A DNA stretch of 64,000 bases, from NCBI GenBank assembly GCA_034521815.1, contig JAXHLW010000012.1, positions 64,001 through 128,000 on the forward strand. Direction: 5' to 3'. The notes below the pieces were generated by a model that saw only the letters and a list, made by a program, of their open reading frames with translations, did no database searches and was not told where the DNA came from. A program made the position numbers and the translations under genes. Of this stretch, positions 17,738-28,090 are shown piece after piece; within the stretch, counting starts at the first letter, position 1, and every line of letters begins with the position of its first letter. The stretch is from Trueperaceae bacterium. GTDB taxonomy: Bacteria > Deinococcota > Deinococci > Deinococcales > Trueperaceae.

Positions 17738-17800
17738 ATCATCTCGACCGAGGCGTGCGCCTCGGGAATGAACAGCCCCCGAGCCGCATCATCACCGTGT
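17738..17800 (-). pseudogene. About 60-bp diverged fragment of the epimerase gene (22629-22691)
   Basis: CATCATCTCGACCGAGGCGTGCGCCTCGGGAATGAACAG...CCGCATCATCACCGTG vs CATCATCTCGACCGAGGCGCGCGCCTCGGGATGAACAG...CCGCATCATCAGCGTG. Confidence 0.8.
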
Positions 17801-18231
17801 AGACGTCAGCGCACCCTCCAAGAATCCACGTGCCCCGGCAGGAGCAGCGCCACCAGCGGCACCAGCCGGTTGCCGACCGGCGTCAGGACCAGCACCGAAC
17901 TCACCAGCGCGAAGGTGTACGCGATCGCGATCGCGATCGTGGTCGGCCTGGTCGCCGATCCCTGGCCTTGCCATGTCGAGGGTGGTCGAGCCGATCGGCC
18001 GTTTTTGCAGGCCGACCATCGGTATGGCGCAACGGCCGAGAAGTCCGCCGCGACCGTGTCGAACGCTCCGATGGTACGGCGTTGACGACCCCTGCCCCAT
18101 CATCCGGAGCAAGGCGCTCAGGCGCGGAAAGGGGGGCGGAGCCAGCAGACGCTAGCCGGTGCACGTCGCGCATTGCTGCCGCGAACCGAACGCCATCGAT
18201 CAGCCACGCAGAAGCACCAAGGAGGAGCCAC

Positions 18232-18888
18232 ATGAACCGCGTTACGACACGAATCGCCACCGCCGTGGTGACCCTGACTCTGGGAGCCCTCGCCTTCAGC
18301 CATAGCCACGGCGACGTCCGGCGCATTGCCGTGCCATTCGACCGGGTCTCGATGGACGTACCGTCGTCCGCCGGGCAGAGCGCGGCCGACGCCTGCTCGA
18401 AGGCGATCGCCATGGATCCGTACGCTCAGCCGTTCGACTGGCCCAGGCCCGGGCCACGTTGAGGCTGGACCGAAGATACGAGCTCGACCGAGGTCACGGT
18501 CCACCTCGCGTGTCCGGCCTCATACGTTTTTCGGCGTGGCTGCACCATCAAGGTGCGGCGGCCAGCGGTGGCGTTCCGCTCGCGCCGACGAGCGGCGTGG
18601 CAGCCCTGCTCGGACGTGAGCTCCGTGCCGGGAGCCCTAGCGGCGCGAGCCGGCGACGGCAACCCCGAACTCGGCAACCCCGAACTCGGCAACGACTTCT
18701 GGTCCGACGCGAACGGCGACGCGACACTCCGGACGCGCCTGGCGTTCCCCCGCGTCGACGGGATCGGCGGCGCCGACGAAGCCACACGCTTCACGGTACG
18801 GATCGCGTCCCATTGCGCGGACCTTCCTGGACGCGCGGCCGCATCCGGTTCGGAGCAACCTTCGTTCGAATGGCACTTCGCGCCATGA
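18232..18888 (+). CDS. Hypothetical secreted protein, several frameshifts
   Basis: AAGGAGG RBS; signal peptide MNRVTTRIATAVVTLTLGALAFS; C-part NDFWSDANGDATLRTRL...FTVRIASHC...FEWHFAP*. Confidence 0.55.
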
Positions 18889-18999
18889 CGGTCCAGGTCG
18901 TCGAACGAACGACCTCCGGCTCCGACCGAGTGCCGTCCTCACCCACCGACACTGACGCTCTGATGGCCGCGCCGAGGGCCCGCCAGTCCGGGCCCTCGG

Positions 19000-21900
19000 C
19001 GCAGCCAGTCCTAGGCGTCGAACGTACAGCGAAGCCGGGCTGCCGCCGGAACCTGTGGTCTCTACCGACCCTGCTTGCCGTCCAATGCGAACGAGAGCGC
19101 ATCCGCAAGCGAGCCCCTTCGCGCCCTGAACGCTCGCCAGGGCCAGCCAGCACGTCCAAGACGCGCTTCGCGTGCCTACCGAGCCACGAGGGGCTAGCCG
19201 CGTGTGCGGCCACGACGGTGAAGAGCTCGGCCGCTTCGCCCTGGTTCCTCTGACGCTTCCGCAGCTCGGCGAGCGCCGCCAGCGCCTCGAGGGCGGCAGG
19301 GATCCGCTTCCGCGCGCGGGCGCGCGACAGCGCGTCCAGCAGGTGCGTCTCGGCCCGGTCGAGCTCGCCCTCGAGCGTACGCGCCTCGCCCAAGCGAACG
19401 AGACACGCCAGGTCGATCGCGGCCGGTCGGAAGAGCATGCCGTGCACGGCGTGCCGGCGCAGCAGCGTCAGCGCTTCCTCGGCGTGTGCTCGCGCCTGTT
19501 CGGTGCGCCCCTCGGCCGAGCGCGATCCGTGCGAGCCCGTCCAAGCTCATGCCCGCCGCCCACACGGTCGTCTCGTTGCGACCTTCCTGCCGCAACAGAG
19601 CGAGGGCTTGGCGGTAGCGGGCGGTGGCACGGTCGGACGCGCCCTGCAGCCGGCCTACGTGCCGAGCAAGGTATACGCTCCGCCCCGAACCATGACCTCC
19701 GCATCGCCCTGAAACGCCGTGCACATCGCCAGCGCGCGGTCGCCCGCCCCTCGGCGGCGGCCACGTCGCCCCGTGCGAGGTGGATGTCGCCGAGCGTGAG
19801 CAGCGTGTGGGCCAAGTGGAAATCGAAGCCCGCCACCTCGTGGCAGGCGACGCCCTCCTCGGCGGCGGCGCGTGCGGCGTCGTACTCGCCCGGCAATACG
19901 CGAGGAGCTTCGGCGAGGATCGCCGAGGTTCATGGCGATGGCGATCGTCTCGCCGCTGGCGCGCGCGACTCGAGCCCCTTGCGGACCATCGAGAGCGTGA
20001 CTTCCAGATCGTCCAGCTCGTAGGCGAGATTGGCGAGCATCAACGCCTCTCCCCGGCGTCGCCCAGCTCGCGGTAGAGCGCGAGCGAACGGCGGTACGCG
20101 TCCACGACGCCCGCCTTGTCCGGCGGATCGAAGCGGAGCTGCGCATGAACCCCGCGAGCCTGAGCGCGTGGGCCAGCTCTGGCCGGGCGTCCCTCCGCTC
20201 GCCGAGGCGTATCGCCCGCTGAATGCAGTCCATCGCCTCGGGCAGGCGGCCCAGCTCCTTGAGGGACTCGCCGCGCCAGAGGAGCTGCCGGAGGGCGAGC
20301 AGCGATTTCGCATCCGCGCTCGGGGTGGCGTCGTTCCAGGCGAGCCCCTGCTGGGCCGCTCCCGCAGCAGGAAGTACCAGCCCAGCGGCTCCACGGAGTT
20401 CTCGAGCCATTCGCGTCGTCCCTGCCGGGCCGCCCACCTCCACGCGGCGAGGATGTTGGCGAGGTCCGCCTCGATCACCGCCGTCATCCGACCCCGCGTC
20501 CCGGTAGCCGGTCGCGTCCCGCCCCTGGCCGAGCGCGAGGATCGTGCCGTCGCAGCGTCTCCGGCAGTTCCAGGTAGCCCGTCCGCTCGAGCACGTCTGC
20601 CGCCCGTGCCGGATCGAGCTGCGCCTTCTCCTCCAGAAAGCGCTGCAGCAGCGGATGCAGGTGGTAACGGCCCGCACCGTCCCAGGACAGAAGCGAGCGA
20701 TCGACCAACGAGGCCAGCTGCGCCAGCGACGCGCCCGCCAGGCTCGATGCGGCCGCCCTCCCGAACCCGCCGCGAAACGCGCTCATGGCCGTCGCCACTT
20801 GTTGGTCATCCCGTGAAAGCAGCCGCCAGGACTGCTCGAACGCGCCGCGCATGCTCCTGCTGCCGCTCCGGGCGGTCGCGGTTCTGGCTCTCGAGCAGGT
20901 CGGAGCCCTGCTCCAGCTCGTCGGCGATGTCGGCGCAGCTCATCACGCGTAGCCAGGCCGACGCCATCTCCAAGGCCAACGGCACGCCGCCCACCGCCGC
21001 GCAGATTCGCACCACGGCGTCGAGGTCGTGTTCGTCGGGCGCGAAGTCCGCACGGGCCCGGCGGGCGCGTTGCACGAACAGCCGAACCGCGTCGTACGCC
21101 AGCGCCGCCTGGATCCGTTCGTCCGCCGGCTCGCTCGCGCCGGAGCCCGGAAACGGCAGGCCCTCGAGCACGACCGCGCGCTCCTCGGCGAGATTCAAGC
21201 GCGCCCTCGAGGTGACCACGAGGTGCAATCGCGGGCAGGCCCGGACAAGCTCCGAGAGGAGGGGGCCGGCAGGAAGGAGGTGCTCGAAGTTGTCGAGCAC
21301 GATGAGGCGCGGCCGATCTCCGATCGCTGTCCGAAGCTGGTGGAGCGTGGCCTCGGGGTCGCCCCCTTCGGGCAGGTCGAGCCCCAGGACGCTGCCGATG
21401 GCCGCGGCGACCTGATCCGCGTCCCGCAGCGTCTCGAGAGGGACGAAGTGCACGCCACTCCAGCCTCCCGCCCGGGCCTGCTCCGTCGCGAGATGAAGAG
21501 CGAGTCGCGTCTTCCCGGTGCCGGCGGCACCCACGATCGAGAGCAGCCGCGTGTGGCGGTGCTCACCAGACCCGCGAGTCGGACGAGCTCCTCTCGGCGG
21601 CCCACGAACGAGGTGGTACGTGACGGCAGAGCCGAGTGCGAGACCACTCCGGTGGACGCGTGCGGCGGCGCCACGAGCGAGCGACGCGCGGCGTCCCTCG
21701 ACGGCGCCAGCGTCAGGCCCAGCGCCTCTCCCTCCTCACGCATGGCACGGGACCGGTCGTTCCGCTGGCCAGGAGCAACCCGTAGGTGCGCGCGAGGTCG
21801 TCGGGGTCGGGAGACGCCGTGGCGTCGAGCGCTCTCGCACGCTCGGCCCATCTGCCGGCACGGTCGAAGTTCGCCTCTTTGGCTGCCGCCTCCGCCAGCG

Positions 21901-22320
21901 CCAGAAACGCCCGGCGGACGCTGTGCGCCAGCACCTACGCGTGCCGTAGATCCACTCCTCGAGCTCGATCCCCTGTCCAACGCCTTCGAACCCTTGCAGG
22001 AAGGGACCGCGGTAGAGCTCGATCGCTGCGAGCCAATCTCCGTTCCTCGATCGCACGCAGCAGGAGCGCGGCGTCCGACGTCACTTCGCTCCATACCCGC
22101 ACGTCGTCCGAATCGATGGCGCCCGGCACGCCCTTGCGTAGCTGCGACAGGGCCATGCTCGAGGCTGCGTAGCGCGTCGCGGCCTCCATCCAGAACAGCT
22201 CGGCTAGGTGGCGGCGTTCGGCGTGGCCTTCCAGGGCGAGGTACGCCAGCAGGAGAAGGGGCTTCGGACGACGGAAGCCGGCTCCCTGAGCGACAAGCCG
22301 CCCAGGGTGCGCAGGATCAT
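19000..22320 (-). pseudogene. AfsR/SARP-like regulator (wHTH-BTAD, P-loop ATPase, TPR), heavily frameshifted; 3' end approximate
   Basis: MILRTLGG..FRRPKPLLLLAYLALEG, LYRGPFL, SFVGRREEL, GAAGTGKTRLA, VLDNFEHL, VTSR, GGVPLALEMA, YHLHPLL; paralogue of 28091-31085. Confidence 0.75.
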
Positions 22321-22478
22321 GCACCGGTATAAGGACGCCCGGCGCCGCAACTGTCGCGTTCGCTTGGCCCGCGTCGTCGTGCCCGGTCCAAACCGGCACC
22401 GGGCCCCTCGTCGCCCGGTGGGAGCGCAGCGTCGCGTACGACACCAGGCGGAAGCGGCGGAAGCAGCGGAAAAGGCGG

Positions 22479-23432
22479 TCAGGCGGTCGAGCGGCTACGG
22501 CGGCCGTCTGGCGCGCCCGGTACCACGCTCACGGTCCGTGCCAAGCCTTCCTGCAGCGTCGTCGCTGTCAGGCCCAGCTCGCGTTCGATCCGACCCGAGT
22601 CGACCTCGAACGGCGCCATGAACTGGTACATCATCTCGACCGAGGCGCGCGCCTCGGGATGAACAGACCGCCGATCCGCATCATCAGCGTGCCCATGCCC
22701 TTCGCCTTCGGCTCGACCCCGGCCGCCTCGGCCGCCATCGCGACCATCTGGCGGGCGGTGCGGGCCGGCGCGTGCGGGGCGATCCAGACGCGACCCAGCG
22801 CCTCGTCGCGCACGGCCAGCTCGGCCGCCGCACGGCCCACGTCCTCGATGTACGCGACGGCGTGGGGAGCGTCCAGCACGCCGGTCACCTGCGCGGGCTT
22901 TCCCTCGACGAGCGGCTCGAACACGCGCGAGCCCCAGGCCGAGTCCGTCACGCCCGGCCCGTAGTAGTCGCTGGAGCGAAGCGACGTCGCGCGCACCGCG
23001 CCCCGCGCGTGGGCGGCCGTCACCTCCTCGGCCATCCGTTGCCGAAGGGCGCCCTTGCGCGATGTCGGAGCGATGCGAGCGCCTTCGTGGATCGGGGCCG
23101 ACGCGTCGTACATGTACAGGGTCTCGATCGAGACGAACCGCGCTCCCGCCGTCTCGGCGGCCGCCAACGCGCCCGCCTGGAGCGCGGGAAACAGCTCGAC
23201 CCAGCGATGGTACGGCGGATTCAGTGCCTGGATCACCACGGCGGCGTCCCGGGCGGCCTCGGTCGCCCGAGCCACGTCCGCCACGTCCGCGGACGACCTC
23301 GACCTCGGCGGGCATCAGCTCGGCCGCTGACCGCTGCGGTTCACGGCGCGTACCTTCCGCCCTGAACGATCAGCGCGCTGCCGTCCAGCACCCACCGGGC
23401 CGGTTCCGAAGATGACGTGCACGGGTTCGCAT
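22479..23432 (-). CDS. NAD-dependent epimerase/dehydratase, frameshifted
   Basis: HVIFGTGPVG, VRAVNRSG, ALNPPYHRW, ETLYMY, RSSDYYGPG, EMMYQF..PF.VDS. Confidence 0.82.
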
Positions 23433-23526
23433 GTGGAGCCTCCGCGTAGTAGAGCCGTGAGCTCGCGGTCAAGGGACGAGCGACGCGGGTCGCGTCCTGC
23501 GCAGGCGTCTGCCGTACGCTGGGCGC

Positions 23527-24486
23527 GTGCATCTCCTTACCGACGCCCCCGACGACGTTCAGGCGCTCGCTCCAGCCGGCGTGGCCCTGGAGCGCACGTC
23601 GCCTCGCGATCTTCCGCCGCCCGAGCGGCGCCTCTGGTCCGCGCTCGCAGCGAGCTCCGAGCCATGGCTCGGCGAGCTGCCGGCCGGTCTCGTCGGCCTG
23701 CCGGGACCGGTCGTCGTGGTCCATGACGCGCCGCGCTCGCAGCTGGACGTCCTGGACGAGCTGTCGGCAGCCGACGCTGGGGTGCCGGATGGCACGACGT
23801 GCGTCGCCTTGGCGGGATCACGGTTCCGCGGGCAGCGCGGTCGCAGCTGGTCGACGTCGCGCGGGAACCTGCACGCCAGCGTGCACCTCGCCTTCGACGT
23901 GGACGCCGCAGGGAGTCAGGCCGCGCTGGCCGTTCTGCCGGCCGTCGCGGCTGCCGAGGCGATCGAGGAGATCGCCGAGGGCCGCGTCCGGCCGCGCCTC
24001 AAGTGGGTGAACGACCTGCTCTTGGAGGGGCGCAAGGTCGGTGGCGTGCTGACCAGCACGCAGGTGCAGTCCGGCCGCGTGCGCGACGTGCGGGTCGGCA
24101 TCGGCATGAACCTGACGTACGCTCCCGAGATCGCCCCAGCCGGAGGCACGTTGCCGGCCGGACGTCTGGCCGACGCCGACGGCGTGTTCGCGACGCCAGA
24201 CGCGTGGGCCGTCCTGCTTCCTGCGCTCACGCGCCACCTGGCGCACGGCCGGGACGCTGTCGCCAGCGGGAACGGCGCGCTGCTGGTCGACCGGTACCGG
24301 GAGCGCGCCGCCTTCCTGGGTCGTCACGTGACGATCTGGCCGGTCGGCGACGAGAGCGATCGGCACCAGCCAGCGCAGACGCCGATCGCGCAGGGGCGTG
24401 TGCTGGAGCTCCGGTCCGATCTGTCGTTGATCCTGGAGGGCGTGGGCCAGCCGATCCGCACCGGCCGCATGACGATCGACGGGTGA
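23527..24486 (+). CDS. birA: Biotin-protein ligase (BirA-like, no HTH)
   Basis: RGQRGRSW....GNLHAS, LKWVNDLLLEGRKVGGVL, VGIGMN. Confidence 0.85.
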   Translation: MHLLTDAPDDVQALAPAGVALERTSPRDLPPPERRLWSALAASSEPWLGELPAGLVGLPGPVVVVHDAPRSQLDVLDELSAADAGVPDGTTCVALAGSRFRGQRGRSWSTSRGNLHASVHLAFDVDAAGSQAALAVLPAVAAAEAIEEIAEGRVRPRLKWVNDLLLEGRKVGGVLTSTQVQSGRVRDVRVGIGMNLTYAPEIAPAGGTLPAGRLADADGVFATPDAWAVLLPALTRHLAHGRDAVASGNGALLVDRYRERAAFLGRHVTIWPVGDESDRHQPAQTPIAQGRVLELRSDLSLILEGVGQPIRTGRMTIDG

Positions 24487-24496
24487 GGACGACGGT

Positions 24497-24530
24497 TCGA
24501 GCAACGACGTCGTATCGAGCAAGGACGTCG
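24497..24530. repeat. 16-bp direct repeat (18-bp period) upstream of the oad operon
   Basis: TCGAGCAACGACGTCG ta TCGAGCAAGGACGTCG; -10-like TACGAT at 24560. Confidence 0.75.
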
Positions 24531-24673
24531 GTCCCCTGCGCTCCGGCGCCGATCGGGCGTACGATTCCAAGGTCGGCCGTTCGCGCGAAGGCGTCCACGC
24601 GGCCACGGCCGAGCAGGAGACCCTCTGGACGCCGGCTTCGACTCCGCTTCGGCGGAGCGCGTGGAAGGCGATC

Positions 24674-24931
24674 ATGACCGAACCCGCACTCTGGACGCTG
24701 TCGCTACAGGCGTTCTCCGCCGTGATCGTCGTGCTGGCGCTTTTGGCCGGCGCCGTTCGCCTGTTGACGCTCGTGTTCCCGGCGCCCCGCGTGGTCCCCG
24801 GAGAGGATCAGGTCCCCGCGCACGCGACCGACGCGGGCGCGCCCGACGCGTTCGTTCTGGCTGCCATCCACGCCGCGGTTCAGCGTGCCCACCCCGGGGC
24901 GCGCGTCACCCGCGTCGACGAAGTGAAGTGA
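24674..24931 (+). CDS. oadG: Na+-translocating decarboxylase gamma subunit
   Basis: Single TM followed by linker and VLAAIHAAV; first gene before the alpha and beta subunits. Confidence 0.75.
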   Translation: MTEPALWTLSLQAFSAVIVVLALLAGAVRLLTLVFPAPRVVPGEDQVPAHATDAGAPDAFVLAAIHAAVQRAHPGARVTRVDEVK

Positions 24932-24958
24932 GGTCCGACGTCCGATGAGAGGCCCGCG

Positions 24959-26908
24959 ATGATCCACACCAGCAGCCCCAAGAAGATCCGCGTCATGCTC
25001 ACCGCGTTCCGTGACGGACTGCAGAGCGTGTTCGGCGGCAAGGTGCGCACCGACGACATCCTCCCCGCCATGGAGATCGCGGCGAACGCGGGCGTACGCC
25101 ACTTCGAGTTCGGTGGAGGCGCTCGTTTCCAGGCCCCCATCTTCTACGTGGGCGAGAACCCGTTCGAGTCGATGGACCGCATGCGCGCGGTCGTCGGTCC
25201 CGACGTGGACCTGCAGATCCTGACGCGGAGCGTGTCGGGCGTGACGCTCACCGGGCAGGGCATCGAGGCGCTCGCGTTGCAGGCGCGCCTGATGCACCGG
25301 CACGGCACCACCGTGGACCGCAACTTCGACTTCATGAACGACGTCGACAACCTGATCCGGACGGGCCGTCCGATCGTCGAGGCGGGCATGCACCACCAGG
25401 TCACCGTGGCGACCATGGGCCTTCCCTACGCCTCGGAGGATGTGCACACGCCGGCGTTCTACATCGACGTGGCGCGGCGGATCATGGACGGCGACGTGCG
25501 CGTCGACTCGCTCTGCATCAAGGACGCGTCCGGCACGACCGACCCGACCACCGTGTACGAGACGGCGAAGGGCATCAAGAAGCTCCTGGGGGACGAGATC
25601 CCGCTCTGGTTCCACACGCACGACACCGCCTCGATGGCGGTCGCGTGCAACATGGCGGCGATCGAGGGCGGCGTCGACGGGATCGACCTCTCGGTCCGCC
25701 CGCTGGCGTCGGGGACCTCGCAGCCGGACGTCCGCTCGATGTGGCACGCCCTCAAGAACACCGGCTACGAGCTGGATCTGGACGTGAGCCGCATCGGCGA
25801 GGTGGAAACGGCCCTGACCGAAGGGCTCGAGGCGTACGCGTTCAACCCGATCACCCTGGCCGCCGACGCCCGGGTCGTGAACTTCCCGATGCCGGGTGGC
25901 GCGATCGGACCCAACGTCCACATGATGGCGGGCGCGGGCATCCTGGACCGCTACGGCGAGGTGCTGGCGGAGTTCCCCGTCGTCGTCAAGGCGGGCGGCG
26001 CCTGGACCAGCGTCACGCCCGGCAGCCAGCAGTACTGGCTGCAGGCGTTCAACAACGTCCTCTACGGCCGCTGGGAGAAGATCGACGGCGGCTTCGGTCG
26101 GTCCGTGCTGGGCTACTTCGGTCGCCCGCCCGAGCCGCCCGACCCCGAGGTCGTCCGGATCGCCGCGGACCAGCTGGGGCTCGAGCCGTACGAGGGCGAT
26201 CCGCTGGAGCGGGCCCCCGACAGTCTCGGTCCGGCCGAGGCCGCGCTGAAGGAGCACGGCCTGCCCGTGACGGAGGAGAACGTGTTCCTGGTCGCCGCGG
26301 CGATCGTGCCCGGCAAGAGCATGGACCTGAACGAGGGGCTGCGGCTGCTCAGCGGCAAGGCGCGCGTGCGGCTGCCCCTCAAGGAGACGGCCCAGGCCGC
26401 CCCGAGCGCGGCCGCGCCGACGGCAGCCGCCCCTCCTGCCGCCGCTCCCCCGGCTGCCGCTCCGGACGGAGCGTCCGGCGCCGCACCCGCCTGGACCGCG
26501 CCGGTGCGAACCACCTGCACCGTGTCGGAGAACGGCGTGACGCGCACGTTCGACGTCACGCTGTCCCCGCCCGCCGCGGACGGGGCCTCGGCCGCGCAGC
26601 GGTCGTCCACCACCGCGGCCGGGGCACCGTCGACGCCAGCCGCACCGGCGTCGCCCGGCGCATCCGCGCCCGCGCAGGTCGCCGAGCCGACCGCGGTCCA
26701 CTCGCCGTTCGGCGGCAAGGTCGAGGTGCTCACCGTGCACGTGAAGGTCGGCGACACGGTCGAGGCCGGTCAGGTCGTCGCGACGGTCGAGGCGATGAAG
26801 GCCGAGCACGACGTGCGCTCGCCGGTCGCGGGCACCGTGGTCACGGTTCCCGTCCGCCCTGGCGACGAGGTCGGCGCCGACACGCCCATCGTCACGATCG
26901 GAGCGTGA
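24959..26908 (+). CDS. oadA: Oxaloacetate decarboxylase alpha subunit (carboxyltransferase plus biotin carrier)
   Basis: FRDGLQS, CIKDASG, HTHDT, MPGGA, VTPGSQ, Ala/Pro linker, VEAMKAE biotin motif. Confidence 0.9.
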   Translation: MIHTSSPKKIRVMLTAFRDGLQSVFGGKVRTDDILPAMEIAANAGVRHFEFGGGARFQAPIFYVGENPFESMDRMRAVVGPDVDLQILTRSVSGVTLTGQGIEALALQARLMHRHGTTVDRNFDFMNDVDNLIRTGRPIVEAGMHHQVTVATMGLPYASEDVHTPAFYIDVARRIMDGDVRVDSLCIKDASGTTDPTTVYETAKGIKKLLGDEIPLWFHTHDTASMAVACNMAAIEGGVDGIDLSVRPLASGTSQPDVRSMWHALKNTGYELDLDVSRIGEVETALTEGLEAYAFNPITLAADARVVNFPMPGGAIGPNVHMMAGAGILDRYGEVLAEFPVVVKAGGAWTSVTPGSQQYWLQAFNNVLYGRWEKIDGGFGRSVLGYFGRPPEPPDPEVVRIAADQLGLEPYEGDPLERAPDSLGPAEAALKEHGLPVTEENVFLVAAAIVPGKSMDLNEGLRLLSGKARVRLPLKETAQAAPSAAAPTAAAPPAAAPPAAAPDGASGAAPAWTAPVRTTCTVSENGVTRTFDVTLSPPAADGASAAQRSSTTAAGAPSTPAAPASPGASAPAQVAEPTAVHSPFGGKVEVLTVHVKVGDTVEAGQVVATVEAMKAEHDVRSPVAGTVVTVPVRPGDEVGADTPIVTIGA

Positions 26909-26909
26909 G

Positions 26910-28064
26910 GTGGACGGCTGGACCGCGCTGCTGCAGGGGAGCGGCTTCGCGGCCCTGACCTGGCAGAACCTGGTGATGTTCCTCATTGCGGGCGTGCTGA
27001 TCTACCTCGCCGTGACGCGAAACTACGAGCCGCTGCTGCTGATCCCGATCGGCTTCGGCGCGGCGCTGGCGAACCTGCCCGGCGCCAACCTGATGGCCTC
27101 CAGCACGTTCGTCGCGGACCCCGGCGCGCACACCCCGCTGCTGCAGCTGATCTACGACGCGGGCATCAAGACGGAGCTGCTGCCGCCGCTGATCTTCCTC
27201 GGCGTCGGCGCGCTCACCGACTTCCGGCCGCTGCTGGCGCGTCCCGTGATGCTGATCCTGGGCGCGGCGGCGCAGGTGGGGATCTTCGTCGCCGCGTTGG
27301 GCGCGCACTACCTGTTCGGCTTCGACCTGCGCGAGGCGGCGTCGATCGGCATCATCGGCGGCGCGGACGGTCCCACCTCGATCTTCCTGACCGCGATCCT
27401 CGCGCCCGAGCTGCTGGGCGCCGTGGCGGTGGCCGCGTACAGCTACATGGCGCTGGTTCCCGTGCTTCAGCCGCCCGTGCTGCGCGCCTTGACGACCCGG
27501 GCGGAACGGGAGATCCCCGTGCCCGAAGAGCGGACCGTGTCGAGGACGGCCGTGATCCTGTTCCCGATTACGATCACCGTGCTCGTGTCGCTGGCCGTCC
27601 CGCCCGCCGCGCCGCTGATCGGACTGCTCATGTTCGGCAACCTGCTGCGCGAGTCGGGCGTCACCGATCGGCTGGCCAAGACGGCGTCGGGGCCGATGAT
27701 CAACATCGTCACGATCCTGCTGGGACTGGTCGTGGGCGCCACCATGGACGGCGCCAGCTTCCTTCGGCCCGAGACGCTGTTCATCCTGCTGCTCGGCGCG
27801 GTCGCGTTCGTGGCCAGCACCGCCGGCGGGATTTTGCTGGCGAAGGGCATGAACCTGCTGCTTCCCAGCGACAAGCGGATCAACCCTTGCATCGGCGCGG
27901 CTGGCGTGTCGGCGGTCCCGATGTCGGCGCGCGTGGTGCAGAACTTCGTCGCCAAGCACACCGACGGGCGGGTCAACCCGCTGATGGCGGCGATGGGGCC
28001 CAACGTCGCCGGCGTGATCGGCTCGGCCGTGGCGGCGGGCGTGTTCCTGGCGATCCTGCGCTGA
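26910..28064 (+). CDS. oadB: Na+-translocating decarboxylase beta subunit
   Basis: YEPLLLIPIGFG, IGIIGGADGPT, VAAYSYMALVP, GVSAVPMSARV, AMGPNVAGVIGSA. Confidence 0.95.
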   Translation: MDGWTALLQGSGFAALTWQNLVMFLIAGVLIYLAVTRNYEPLLLIPIGFGAALANLPGANLMASSTFVADPGAHTPLLQLIYDAGIKTELLPPLIFLGVGALTDFRPLLARPVMLILGAAAQVGIFVAALGAHYLFGFDLREAASIGIIGGADGPTSIFLTAILAPELLGAVAVAAYSYMALVPVLQPPVLRALTTRAEREIPVPEERTVSRTAVILFPITITVLVSLAVPPAAPLIGLLMFGNLLRESGVTDRLAKTASGPMINIVTILLGLVVGATMDGASFLRPETLFILLLGAVAFVASTAGGILLAKGMNLLLPSDKRINPCIGAAGVSAVPMSARVVQNFVAKHTDGRVNPLMAAMGPNVAGVIGSAVAAGVFLAILR

Positions 28065-28090
28065 GCGCGGATGCCCCGGCGTCGCCGCGA

